Origin: Leptolyngbyaceae cyanobacterium | GTDB taxonomy: Bacteria > Cyanobacteriota > Cyanobacteriia > Phormidesmidales > Phormidesmidaceae | Length of the DNA: 64,000 bases | Direction: 5' to 3' | Assembly (NCBI GenBank): GCA_965263355.1 | Contig: CBDHHL010000032.1 | Location: forward strand, 2,496,001 to 2,560,000 | Shown: in pieces, positions 40,877 to 49,745 of the stretch | How the letters are laid out: each line of letters opens with the position of its first letter | How positions within the stretch are numbered: the stretch's first letter is position 1 | Position numbers and translations under genes: made by a program | The notes under the pieces: model-generated | What the model was told of the DNA's origin: nothing | The model's input: the letters and a program-made list of their open reading frames with translations, nothing else | Databases searched by the model: none

Positions 40877-43403
40877 CTAGTAATGCGGCTGCTTTGTGCG
40901 AAGGCACTGGTTTCGAAAAAAAGTACCCCTGACCATATTCGCATCCCCAATTTTTGAGCTGGGTAGCCTGCTTAGCTGCCTCAATTCCTTCGGCAACAAC
41001 ATTCATGTTCAGGTTGTGACTGAGGGCAATGATGGTCTTGACAATTGCCTCATTTTCAGAGGCTTCATGCATGCGGATCACAAATGAACGATCTATCTTG
41101 AGAGTGTCTACAGGAAAACGGTGTAGATAGCTAAGAGAGGAATATCCAGTACCAAAATCGTCGATGCCAAGTTTAACGTTAAGGGCTTTTAAGCGCAGTA
41201 ATCCCTCAATCGAGGTTTCGACATCGTCCATCACAGCACTCTCGGTTAATTCCAGTTTTAATGTATCAGGTCGTAGGCCAGTTTCTTGAATGATATTTTG
41301 AATATTCTCAACCAGGTGTTTGTCTGTGAACTGGCAACCGGAAAGGTTAACGCTCATAAAAATCGGTGGGGTTTTGGGAAATTTTTGATGCCACGCTTGC
41401 ATCTGGAGACAGGCTTCTCGCAACACCCAATACCCCAGGGGGACGATTAAACCGCTTTCCTCAGCCAGGGAAATAAAGTTGCCGGGATAGATTAGACCTT
41501 TTTGAGGATGTTGCCAACGCACTAGGGCTTCAAATCCTCTAACTAACCCTGTCTTTAAGCAGACTAGGGGTTGGTAATGTAGCTGTAGATGATTTTGTTT
41601 GATCGCCTGGTGTAAATCAGCTTCTATGGAAAAACGGTTGACTGATTGGGCCAGCATTTGTGTGGAAAAAACTTCATATCGAGCCTTTCCCATCGATTTG
41701 GCTCGATGCATGGCGATATGGGCATCACGAATAATTGCCTCTGGTTTTTGATGACATCCTTTTTCACTGAGGGCAATTCCGATACTGGCGGTTAGATTCA
41801 GCTGTTGTGTTTTCAGGTATACTGGCTTGGTTATGCTAGCCTGTAATCGGTCAGCTAACGCGGTAGCCGCTTTGGAGTTGGGGCATTGCTTTAGTAAAAG
41901 AACAAAGTCATCTCCATCTAGCTTGGCTAGGTGACTCTCAGATGGAAGATTCGACCGTAGTCGAGATGTTATTATCCGTAGTAGTTTATCTCCAGCTGCA
42001 CGACCAAAATTGTTGTTAATAAGTGTAAACCGATCAATATCAATAAACAGAACTGCTAAATTTTTGTTTGCTTCGTGAGATTTTTTTTGTAGGACTTTTT
42101 CCAGGGTTTGAATAAAGAATTTGCGGTTAGATAACCCTGTGAGTTCGTCAAAAAAGCTGTGGTAAAACTCCTTGTAACCTAAGGCCATAATGCCCGCAAG
42201 GCTGAACCCTAATGTAGGAATAAAACAAGGAATCCAAACAGTCTGCGTGAGGCTAAAAAAAGTTATGGCTACAATACCTGAAACCCCACCAAGGCTTGTC
42301 AAACTGAGAATACTCAATCGCTTTGAGTGGTAGATGAGGAAACTACCTGCCAGGGTCCATAGCCCAATCCACACTATTTCTAGAGCGTCTGGCCAAAATT
42401 GAAGCAGTGGCCTTTCTCCTGTGACAGCGCTTAAAATCTGACTGGTCATATGGGCATGAATAACCACACCGGGCAAGACAAAATCATTGGTCTTGGATGA
42501 GCTGTAGGGTGTGTAAAAATAATCTTTCTCACTTAGTGCTGTTGTCCCAATTAAAATGATTTTGTCTTCAATCCAGCTGGGATCAAATCGGTTTTGTAAG
42601 ACATCACTGAGGGATATTATTCTTGCTGGTTGACTGGGAGAACGATACTTTAAAAGCGATTGGTACCCAGCATTATCAATGGTTTGGTAGCCACCAGAAC
42701 TGCGGTTTAACCGCTCAAAGTGGGTATCGCCTATCTGCATACTCTTTGCTGTAAAACTAGGCTCAGGATCAACGTTGGGATTATTCTCAGCGAGATAGTG
42801 CAGACTTAGACGCAGCGATAGGGAATAAAATTTTTCCTCCCCTAAGGCTGCAAACATAAAATGTCGTCGGACTACACCATCTGGGTCAATTACTAAGTCA
42901 TTAAAGGCAATTTGGTCGTGGGGGACACCTGGAGGTGGGGGAACACTCTCATAATCTGGACCGCCTAAATTTTCAATGGAAATAACGTTTTTGGCCTGCA
43001 GTTCCTTTTTTAAAAGCTGGTGCCCTCGGGAGTGGGGAATATCTCGATAAATGTCTAATCCAATGGTGGTGGGATTATGCTGCTGTAGTTGGGCCAATAA
43101 TTTAGCGATGACTTCGTCAGCTAGCGGCCAGGTTTGCTGAGCTTGAATATCGTCTTCAGTGATACCTACGATCAGGATGCGGGGATCGGGAGGAGAGACA
43201 GGTTGCGATCGCAGCATCCAATCATACATGGCTAGCTCTAATGGCTGAGACAACCCCAGTTGACGCAAACCAACCATTGAGCCAGTTACAACAATTGCAA
43301 TCAATATTAAAGGCCAGTATCCTCGAAAACAAGCTGCTTGAAAGGCATTTAAGGGCATAGACACTGCCGCATAAATTTTCTTTTTCAGGAGTAATAGCGG
43401 CAC
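40851..43403 (-). CDS. CHASE2-GGDEF(degenerate)-EAL membrane protein, probable c-di-GMP phosphodiesterase
   Basis: CHASE2 (IGLDIYRD, D.DGVVRR, PGVVIHA), 3 TM, DGDDF in place of GGDEF, intact EAL and DDFGTGYSSL. Confidence 0.92.
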   Translation of the reverse strand: MPLLLLKKKIYAAVSMPLNAFQAACFRGYWPLILIAIVVTGSMVGLRQLGLSQPLELAMYDWMLRSQPVSPPDPRILIVGITEDDIQAQQTWPLADEVIAKLLAQLQQHNPTTIGLDIYRDIPHSRGHQLLKKELQAKNVISIENLGGPDYESVPPPPGVPHDQIAFNDLVIDPDGVVRRHFMFAALGEEKFYSLSLRLSLHYLAENNPNVDPEPSFTAKSMQIGDTHFERLNRSSGGYQTIDNAGYQSLLKYRSPSQPARIISLSDVLQNRFDPSWIEDKIILIGTTALSEKDYFYTPYSSSKTNDFVLPGVVIHAHMTSQILSAVTGERPLLQFWPDALEIVWIGLWTLAGSFLIYHSKRLSILSLTSLGGVSGIVAITFFSLTQTVWIPCFIPTLGFSLAGIMALGYKEFYHSFFDELTGLSNRKFFIQTLEKVLQKKSHEANKNLAVLFIDIDRFTLINNNFGRAAGDKLLRIITSRLRSNLPSESHLAKLDGDDFVLLLKQCPNSKAATALADRLQASITKPVYLKTQQLNLTASIGIALSEKGCHQKPEAIIRDAHIAMHRAKSMGKARYEVFSTQMLAQSVNRFSIEADLHQAIKQNHLQLHYQPLVCLKTGLVRGFEALVRWQHPQKGLIYPGNFISLAEESGLIVPLGYWVLREACLQMQAWHQKFPKTPPIFMSVNLSGCQFTDKHLVENIQNIIQETGLRPDTLKLELTESAVMDDVETSIEGLLRLKALNVKLGIDDFGTGYSSLSYLHRFPVDTLKIDRSFVIRMHEASENEAIVKTIIALSHNLNMNVVAEGIEAAKQATQLKNWGCEYGQGYFFSKPVPSHKAAALLANPSSWKY

Positions 43404-43484
43404 GAAAGCAAAACCGGCTGTGGTGTGACCCCAGATTACCCGGAAGGCCCATAGGGATAACGGTGAGGGGCCAGCTCGCTCCTA

Positions 43485-44795
43485 TTAAAGGGATTGAAAG
43501 ATGCCTTGCTCCAGTTGGACAACCGCCGACATTATTCCCGTCTCTGGATCATTCAAGAGTGACTGTTCCACCCCTTGTAAATAGTCTACCAAATTGGTTT
43601 TGAGCACGGGACGTTCCAACTCCACCGTATGCTGATAATCCCAAAGATCCCAAATAAAAATCCCAACACCTACAATCGGATCCACTAAACTGGTGCCCAA
43701 CTCAGCCGCCACCGTTCCCCCTGTTTTCGCCGCTAATTTAGAGGCTGCAGTTCCAGCTAACTTAGAACTGGCTTTACTACCGATTTTGCCCACAGTAGTC
43801 AATACTAGCGGCTTGGTTAGCAGGTAACTACTGCCCCCGACCAACATCTTGAGCGAAAGATTGGAGAGAGTCCCTTCCGTATCTTGAACTGTGGTGGAAA
43901 TATCGGACAAATATCGCTCCCATTGCCCTTGCGGAATTCGATATTTCACTTGCACCTGATCCATATTCTGGCGCAATGCGAGTAAATAATGATTGATGGT
44001 TTCTGTGGTGAGATTTTCCAATTGGATTTGGGCCGTTTGAGGGACTAACACCTGTTTTGCAAACTGTTTTTGAAACTCCCCCGTAAAGCGACTAATCACG
44101 GCCTCATTGGCCGTCATCTGATGCGGGTTCACCCTATGGAGCGCAGCTGATGACACCCATACCAGAGGCGTCATAAACTCGATCTTTTTCTGGTTTAAAT
44201 AACCAAAGTACCAATCAAGGAAATGGTCTACTCGACCTTCTAACTGGATTTCCCAATCATCTAGCTCAGCCTTTGCAAATTCCTGGGCACTTTGATGGGC
44301 GGTTTGAACTGCCTCTACTAGGGCTTTATCTAAATTCGCCCGCCTGGGGATTGCCGGAACCGTTACCTCCGTTAATGGTGGCCTTGCCTGTTGCACTGGG
44401 GAAGGTGAAGAGTAAAACAAGAGTGCCTTCCCCACCAAGGGGATCACCACTACTAAAATAATTGCTCCCCAAATGAAGGGTTGGAGCGATCTCAATAAAT
44501 TACTCCATGCGGCAATTCGCTCGGTCTTTTCAGAATAGGAGGTCTTTTTAGAGTCAGGTGGTTGAGGCGTTAATGCTGAAGATGTTGGAGTTGCACTTGA
44601 TGTGGTCGGTTGACTCAGACGGTTGCGACCTTGGGAAATGCGTTTAGCTTCATCAGGGGAAGCATGCACCACGATTTCCTCAAAGGAGGACCGGGGGGCG
44701 GAGGGAGAAAAAGAGGATGCATCAAGCTTAGAGTCACTCGCTGGCTCTGCACAGTCGGATAGGTCTGGCTGTTGTTTATTTGGTTGCTGTTCCAT
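43485..44795 (-). CDS. Hypothetical membrane-anchored protein
   Basis: Long ORF with disordered N-terminus, one TM, FLDWYFGY helical domain and a Gly/Ala/Lys-rich hydrophobic hairpin. Confidence 0.75.
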   Translation of the reverse strand: MEQQPNKQQPDLSDCAEPASDSKLDASSFSPSAPRSSFEEIVVHASPDEAKRISQGRNRLSQPTTSSATPTSSALTPQPPDSKKTSYSEKTERIAAWSNLLRSLQPFIWGAIILVVVIPLVGKALLFYSSPSPVQQARPPLTEVTVPAIPRRANLDKALVEAVQTAHQSAQEFAKAELDDWEIQLEGRVDHFLDWYFGYLNQKKIEFMTPLVWVSSAALHRVNPHQMTANEAVISRFTGEFQKQFAKQVLVPQTAQIQLENLTTETINHYLLALRQNMDQVQVKYRIPQGQWERYLSDISTTVQDTEGTLSNLSLKMLVGGSSYLLTKPLVLTTVGKIGSKASSKLAGTAASKLAAKTGGTVAAELGTSLVDPIVGVGIFIWDLWDYQHTVELERPVLKTNLVDYLQGVEQSLLNDPETGIMSAVVQLEQGIFQSL

Positions 44796-45084
44796 GGTTG
44801 CTACCTCACACATCATCAAGGGCACCTAGATTCCTAAGATACCCATTTATGACCCAGTTGAATCAATTTTCTTTGCTCAGAGGCCGAGTAGGGTTCATGG
44901 TGACGCACCTAATCTTCAATCACCAAGGAGGTAAGCTGTAGGACAGGCAGTCACACTTGGATAACCATGGCCGCTTACCGAAATAATATCTGCCCACCAT
45001 CACTCTGCAATTTTACCAAATCGAACATGGAGACAGAGAGAATGTAAGGCCTGTTGAAAGTCCCCGAAAAAGTTTACAAGTTAC

Positions 45085-45142
45085 GGTGGGCAAGCACAGA
45101 GATTAGCAAAGCGCAAAAGCTCTTCAGAAGTTGTTGCCCACC
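45085..45142. repeat. REP-like inverted repeat
   Basis: GGTGGGCAA...TTGCCCACC arms around a ~40-nt spacer. Confidence 0.55.
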
Positions 45143-45215
45143 CTAGGTTTACTTCTTAGGTTTTACACTGGAACTGTTCTCACCCTACCTCGCGCTAATT
45201 AACCGATAATGGAAG

Positions 45216-45282
45216 TCCGGCCAGGTTCGGGGATTCTCACCCAGCAAATTTAGTTGAGGGGTGAGCGAAGACGAACCCCGGA
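45216..45282. repeat. Long imperfect hairpin downstream of the GNAT gene
   Basis: TCCGG/CCGGA, GGTTCG/CGAACC and CTCACCC/GGGTGAG nested pairings. Confidence 0.5.
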
Positions 45283-45311
45283 TGAATTGTGTAAGCAACT
45301 CACTGGTTCGG

Positions 45312-45812
45312 CTAAAAATTTGATTTAGAGGCTGAACCGGTTTCGATTAAAAATCTATTTCTGCCTTTCTCACCAAAGTCCACCTGATGTTGTTTATTCG
45401 GGTAATCTTTCAGAATTGAGTTCCAAAGTTTTGATGCGGCTTGATTACTTGCAGAATAAGAGATTTCCCACAATCCTGTGTATTTATTTAGGAGTTGTTG
45501 TGATACCAATGTTCCAATACCTAACCTTCTATATCTTCTCAGTATAAAAAATTCGGCAATCTGGTAATCCCAATCCTCATTTCCAGGATTCATACGCACC
45601 ATCACGAATCCTGCTAGATTTTTATTTATAGATATTAGATATGCGTGTCTTTCTTTCTCCTGAAAATATGCCTCAAACCAGCGATAAGCAAACATACCAT
45701 CTAGACCAATCTCGAATTGGTCAAATTCAGAGTAGTCATGCATGCAAAGATGTACCAAGTTCCGGAGAATAGATTTCTCTGCAATAGTCACGCGTTGTAA
45801 TTCGATGTTCAT
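45312..45812 (-). CDS. GNAT acetyltransferase
   Basis: AGFVMV, IAEFFILRRYRRLGIG (acetyl-CoA motif A), N..A..LW; visibly AT-rich. Confidence 0.92.
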   Translation of the reverse strand: MNIELQRVTIAEKSILRNLVHLCMHDYSEFDQFEIGLDGMFAYRWFEAYFQEKERHAYLISINKNLAGFVMVRMNPGNEDWDYQIAEFFILRRYRRLGIGTLVSQQLLNKYTGLWEISYSASNQAASKLWNSILKDYPNKQHQVDFGEKGRNRFLIETGSASKSNF

Positions 45813-45925
45813 TTTCTAGTGTGTTTGGTGACTGTCTGACAAGCTATCACAAATGTCTTTTATATAGAGATTGGTTGTGTTATCAGTTTTTTGCTCAGTA
45901 CGGTATTACTTCCAGGGATAAACCT

Positions 45926-46678
45926 TTAAATATCTTCAGAATCCCATTGATTTTGTGCCGTCCCAATATATATAACTCGCGTATCATCATCGAACTGCAC
46001 CTGAAACCCGCCAGTTTTCCAAAAGTGCATCAGATTAGCCATCTGATCTAAAGGATTACGGCCAAATAGGTCAAATCCCTGTATCGTCACTTCTGAAAAC
46101 CCCGCTTGCACCAGCAGTTCCTCCAGCTCCTCTGGCCTCACAAACTTTTGCCAATCATGAATCCCTCGGGGAATCAATCGTAGTACATCCTCCAGCAGCC
46201 AGATCATCAGCACCCGCGACTGCCAGGTGCGATTAATCGTATCAAAGCAAAATTGCCCCCCTGGCCGCAGCACCCGCCCAATTTCCGCCACCGTCGCCGC
46301 CGGACTCTCCACATGTTCCAACACATCCACACAGACCACCACATCAAAGCCGTCATCTTCAAACGGTAGGGTTTCCCCCACCCCCACCCGATAATCAATC
46401 GTTAGCCCCATGGCCGCACTATGGCCTTCCGCTGCCTCAATACAGGCCGCCGACTGATCAATGCCAGTAACTTCCGCCCCCCGCTGAGCCAAAAACTCAC
46501 AGGTATACCCCCCACCGCAGCCTACATCCAACACCTTCAGACCATGCCAATCAGAAATCACCCGATCAAAATACTCAAACCGCAGAGGATTCAGCTTACT
46601 TAGCGGAAAAATTGTTGCCGTCTCACTCCACCACTGGGCGGCCTGTTGGTCGTAAAATGCAAGGTTGTTGCGTTCCAT
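45926..46678 (-). CDS. UbiG-like SAM-dependent O-methyltransferase
   Basis: WW....L..LNPLR, VLDVGCGGG, DVLEHV, TINRT, H.WQKFVRPEE. Confidence 0.88.
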   Translation of the reverse strand: MERNNLAFYDQQAAQWWSETATIFPLSKLNPLRFEYFDRVISDWHGLKVLDVGCGGGYTCEFLAQRGAEVTGIDQSAACIEAAEGHSAAMGLTIDYRVGVGETLPFEDDGFDVVVCVDVLEHVESPAATVAEIGRVLRPGGQFCFDTINRTWQSRVLMIWLLEDVLRLIPRGIHDWQKFVRPEELEELLVQAGFSEVTIQGFDLFGRNPLDQMANLMHFWKTGGFQVQFDDDTRVIYIGTAQNQWDSEDI

Positions 46679-46697
46679 AATAGTTGTGGCAATATCC

Positions 46698-47432
46698 GTG
46701 GCTCAGGTCTCTATTATTATCCCAGTCTTAAACGAAGCCAGTTGCCTGGGCCGCACCATACGACATCTAGACATTCTGGACCCGCCTGCTAAGGAAATTA
46801 TTGTCGTTGATGGCGGCAGCACCGATGATACCGTAGCCATTGCTAAAGACCATGGAGTCAGGGTAATCTTTGCTGACCGACCGGGCCGCTCGGTGCAAAT
46901 GAACCTGGGGGCAAAACAAGCAACTGGCGATATTTTGTGTTTTCTCCATGGAGATACCAGGGTACCAGACGATGTCGTCGAGGTCATAACTGTGACCCTG
47001 ACAAATCCAGCCATTGCCTGCGGCGGCTTTATTTCTGTTATGGCAGGACAACAAATCACCCGTTGGGGCATCTCGTTGCACAATACTATTAAAACCCATT
47101 ATGCCGCACTGTTGTTTCGGCCCCATCGTTACTTTTGCGACGGATTACGAGTTCTGTTTGGAGACCAGGTAATGTTCTGTCGGCGGTCAGACTTTTGGAC
47201 CTGCGGTGGTTTTGATGAGAGCTTACCGATTATGGAAGACGCAGATTTGTGTGCAAAACTGGCGCGTTTGGGCCGTATTTACCAGGTAAATCGACTGGTA
47301 CAGTCGTCTGACCGTCGGGTGGCTAAATGGGGACCGCTAAAGGCCAATTTTATTTATCTGGTCATTGGTGGCCTGTGGGGCATGGGTGTGCCTGGAAAAT
47401 GGCTAAAGCGATTTTATGAAGACGTGCGTTGA
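46698..47432 (+). CDS. GT2 glycosyltransferase, TIGR04283-like (arsenosugar-associated family)
   Basis: SIIIPVLNEA, VDGGSTD, GRSVQMN.GA, FLHGD, FGDQ.MF, IMED, SS.RR. GTG 46698 preferred. Confidence 0.85.
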   Translation: MAQVSIIIPVLNEASCLGRTIRHLDILDPPAKEIIVVDGGSTDDTVAIAKDHGVRVIFADRPGRSVQMNLGAKQATGDILCFLHGDTRVPDDVVEVITVTLTNPAIACGGFISVMAGQQITRWGISLHNTIKTHYAALLFRPHRYFCDGLRVLFGDQVMFCRRSDFWTCGGFDESLPIMEDADLCAKLARLGRIYQVNRLVQSSDRRVAKWGPLKANFIYLVIGGLWGMGVPGKWLKRFYEDVR

Positions 47433-47433
47433 T

Positions 47434-48123
47434 TTAACGCCCATTTAGTTGCCAACTGTAGGGCAGGTAAACCACTTTTACAGACTCTGGTAGCTGAGCA
47501 GCGGTGTAATAACGATCGCAATATTTCACAATTGAATCTGCCACTGTTAGAAAATCAGCCTTATACCATTTTAAAATCTTGCTGCAGTAGAGAGTCTGGC
47601 TAGCGGCATCGTAGCGGACTTTGGCTGGGTTGTTGATAAAGCGATCGCAATCCTCCTCCAGCTGCTCTGTCAGCTTATCTGGTCCATAGGCCTCTGCCCT
47701 TAACAGCGGACAGCCAATGGATGCACATACCAGGGCAAAATGAATACGCGGGTCGAGAAACTGCTGGCGCAGGATATCGTGTTCGATATTGTTCAGGCTT
47801 AGAGATCGACCGTTTAAGGTGTAGACCGTTTTAGTAAAGAACTGCAGAAAGGCTAGCCAGTTGGGAATGCCAAGCACCTTGGGCCGAATGGACGTAATCG
47901 GGTACTGATGGAGCACTTGCCTGATAGTGAGGGCGTTGTAGAGGTTTAGGAGAGTTGCGATCGCCTGCTTCCTGGTTAATTCCTGCAGGTCCACATTACC
48001 CATCTCGGTCAGCCACTGTTCCAGTTCCGGCAACGATTCTTGTCGCCATTGACCATAAGCAACCCGACCTTGGTCGTTAACATAGTTTCGCAGTAGCTTA
48101 TCCCAGCTAGCAAAGATGCTCAT
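47434..48123 (-). CDS. DUF547 domain protein
   Basis: NLYNALT, SLNNIEH.ILR, DPRIHFALVCASIGCP.L, SKI.KWY..DF, Y.W.LN. Confidence 0.9.
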   Translation of the reverse strand: MSIFASWDKLLRNYVNDQGRVAYGQWRQESLPELEQWLTEMGNVDLQELTRKQAIATLLNLYNALTIRQVLHQYPITSIRPKVLGIPNWLAFLQFFTKTVYTLNGRSLSLNNIEHDILRQQFLDPRIHFALVCASIGCPLLRAEAYGPDKLTEQLEEDCDRFINNPAKVRYDAASQTLYCSKILKWYKADFLTVADSIVKYCDRYYTAAQLPESVKVVYLPYSWQLNGR

Positions 48124-48310
48124 CTCCCCACTCCCCATCTTCCCAAAAACTTCAAACCCAATGAAATGTCAGACTAACTTCAATCACACAAATTTAACCA
48201 TTATCTTGTCAAATCACCTTGAATATATAGATGGAGAGTGGGGTATTAACGTAGACAATGCATCAGTTACCCATGCCGTGAACCAACTTGTTATCAACAA
48301 TATTTAAACT

Positions 48311-48362
48311 TTTGTAACGACTCCCAGGTATTCGCAGATTTTTTACTGCGGTTTTTTGAGAT
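48311..48362 (+). promoter_or_regulatory. Shared upstream motif, copy 1 (TGTAAC-N14-CGCAGATT...TTTTTTGAGA)
   Basis: Matches the copies at 59933-59984 and 61853-61900 in gene orientation. Confidence 0.6.
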
Positions 48363-48470
48363 CCCCTGAGGCGAGTAGTTGTATGCCGTCTGGCTATCAA
48401 TGTCAGAAACATAGAGCAGTTAATAGGTGCTTGTAATTAGCCGTATCAAATTTTTGGGAGAATCAGGCAA

Positions 48471-49526
48471 GTGTTTGTTACCATCCTTCGAGTTCGCTAC
48501 AGGTTGCTGATAGTCGCAACAGCTCTGATACTGGCATTTGTAAGTGTATTTTTGGATGTTGGCAGTTCCTTTGCTACACAACCTCGAAACTTTCAAGTCA
48601 TGCGAGCTGCTAGACCACAACCACCCCATGACGCTATCATTGGGTGTCCACCTCGTACATGTGGTCCCCAGCGTTTAGCGAATGGTAGTGCACTCCTTAG
48701 CTCACCACTTACCATACGTGATCCTCAAACGGTTAGTAATAGTCGGTTTGTAACTGTTCAAGGAGCATCTTCCAATGCGGATGATATTGTTCAGCTTGTA
48801 GATGATGCCGTCTCCGTATGGGAAAAGGCATTTGAGCCTGCTAGTTTTCCCAACATTACGATCCATGTGGGCTGGGCCGATTTTGGGATAGGGGGGCTCT
48901 CTGATCAGAATGGTTCACTGGCACCAGATCCCGACTATCCAGAATCTTTTATGGTACCGAGTGATGCCATTGGGCTTCACATTTGTGGTGCTCCCATATC
49001 GTCAAATCAGAGCCCCGACCCTTATGTTGATTCTTCAGGAAATGGCTGTAGACCCGCTGCTTTAGATGAAGTGACTGTCTTATTTAATAGTGAACCACTG
49101 TCATTTGACTACAGTGGGCAACAAGGTGACATAAAACTGTTGTTAGATAGCAATCCGTTCAATGCTTTAATCTGGGATAATTTGCAGACTATTCCACTGA
49201 AAGGAAGCCGACTAGAATTGACCCCTGATGTGGTTGACCTTTTTACTGTTGCCTTACATGAAGTGGGGCATGTGCTTGGGTTTTCTGAGATTAATCCAGC
49301 TGTAGAAGATTTGATCAATCAAGGTCCTCTCTTTGACGCCGCCCATATCCCTGCTGAGAAGCCATCCGTTATGGCTGAGTACTTGGCAATGAATACACGA
49401 AAGTGTCCCACCCCGGATGATGTAGAGCTGATTCATGCGTTTGGCTCCTATGTGCCAGAGGCTTCTGGATATGCGCCCAGTAGTTTAACCCCCTGCCAAG
49501 AGTCACCAGCAAGGTATGTTCCATAA
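48471..49526 (+). CDS. Secreted zinc metalloprotease (metzincin-like)
   Basis: Signal/TM, DLFTVALHEVGHVLGF, later AH...SVM Met-turn; several Cys. Confidence 0.78.
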   Translation: MFVTILRVRYRLLIVATALILAFVSVFLDVGSSFATQPRNFQVMRAARPQPPHDAIIGCPPRTCGPQRLANGSALLSSPLTIRDPQTVSNSRFVTVQGASSNADDIVQLVDDAVSVWEKAFEPASFPNITIHVGWADFGIGGLSDQNGSLAPDPDYPESFMVPSDAIGLHICGAPISSNQSPDPYVDSSGNGCRPAALDEVTVLFNSEPLSFDYSGQQGDIKLLLDSNPFNALIWDNLQTIPLKGSRLELTPDVVDLFTVALHEVGHVLGFSEINPAVEDLINQGPLFDAAHIPAEKPSVMAEYLAMNTRKCPTPDDVELIHAFGSYVPEASGYAPSSLTPCQESPARYVP

Positions 49527-49652
49527 TTGACTAAGTATGTTGACCTAATCATCATTGCTCAGTCCAATGGAACCTCGGTACTTAAAGCATAGTTGAATAA
49601 TCTGTTTAACCCGTGCTTAGACTTGAATTGAGCTTAATGCTTCTAAAAATTT

Positions 49653-49704
49653 AAGAAATCTTGCCTTAGGACATATTTCCTAGCCTGAGGCAAGGTTTCT
49701 CTTT
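49653..49704 (+). terminator. Intrinsic terminator
   Basis: AGAAATCTTGCCTTAGG...CCTGAGGCAAGGTTTCT followed by CTTTT. Confidence 0.6.
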
Positions 49705-49745
49705 TAGGCTAATACCGATTTGTTTTAGAGCCATTCTTAGCCCCC

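Noticed and set aside
44830..45310. Possible tRNA or integration site in the intergenic gap
   Set aside because: No T-loop/anticodon cloverleaf could be folded; only hairpin repeats are present.
45926..46678. Assigning the symbol ubiG
   Set aside because: Family resemblance is clear, but a ubiquinone role is unlikely in a cyanobacterium and the context points elsewhere.
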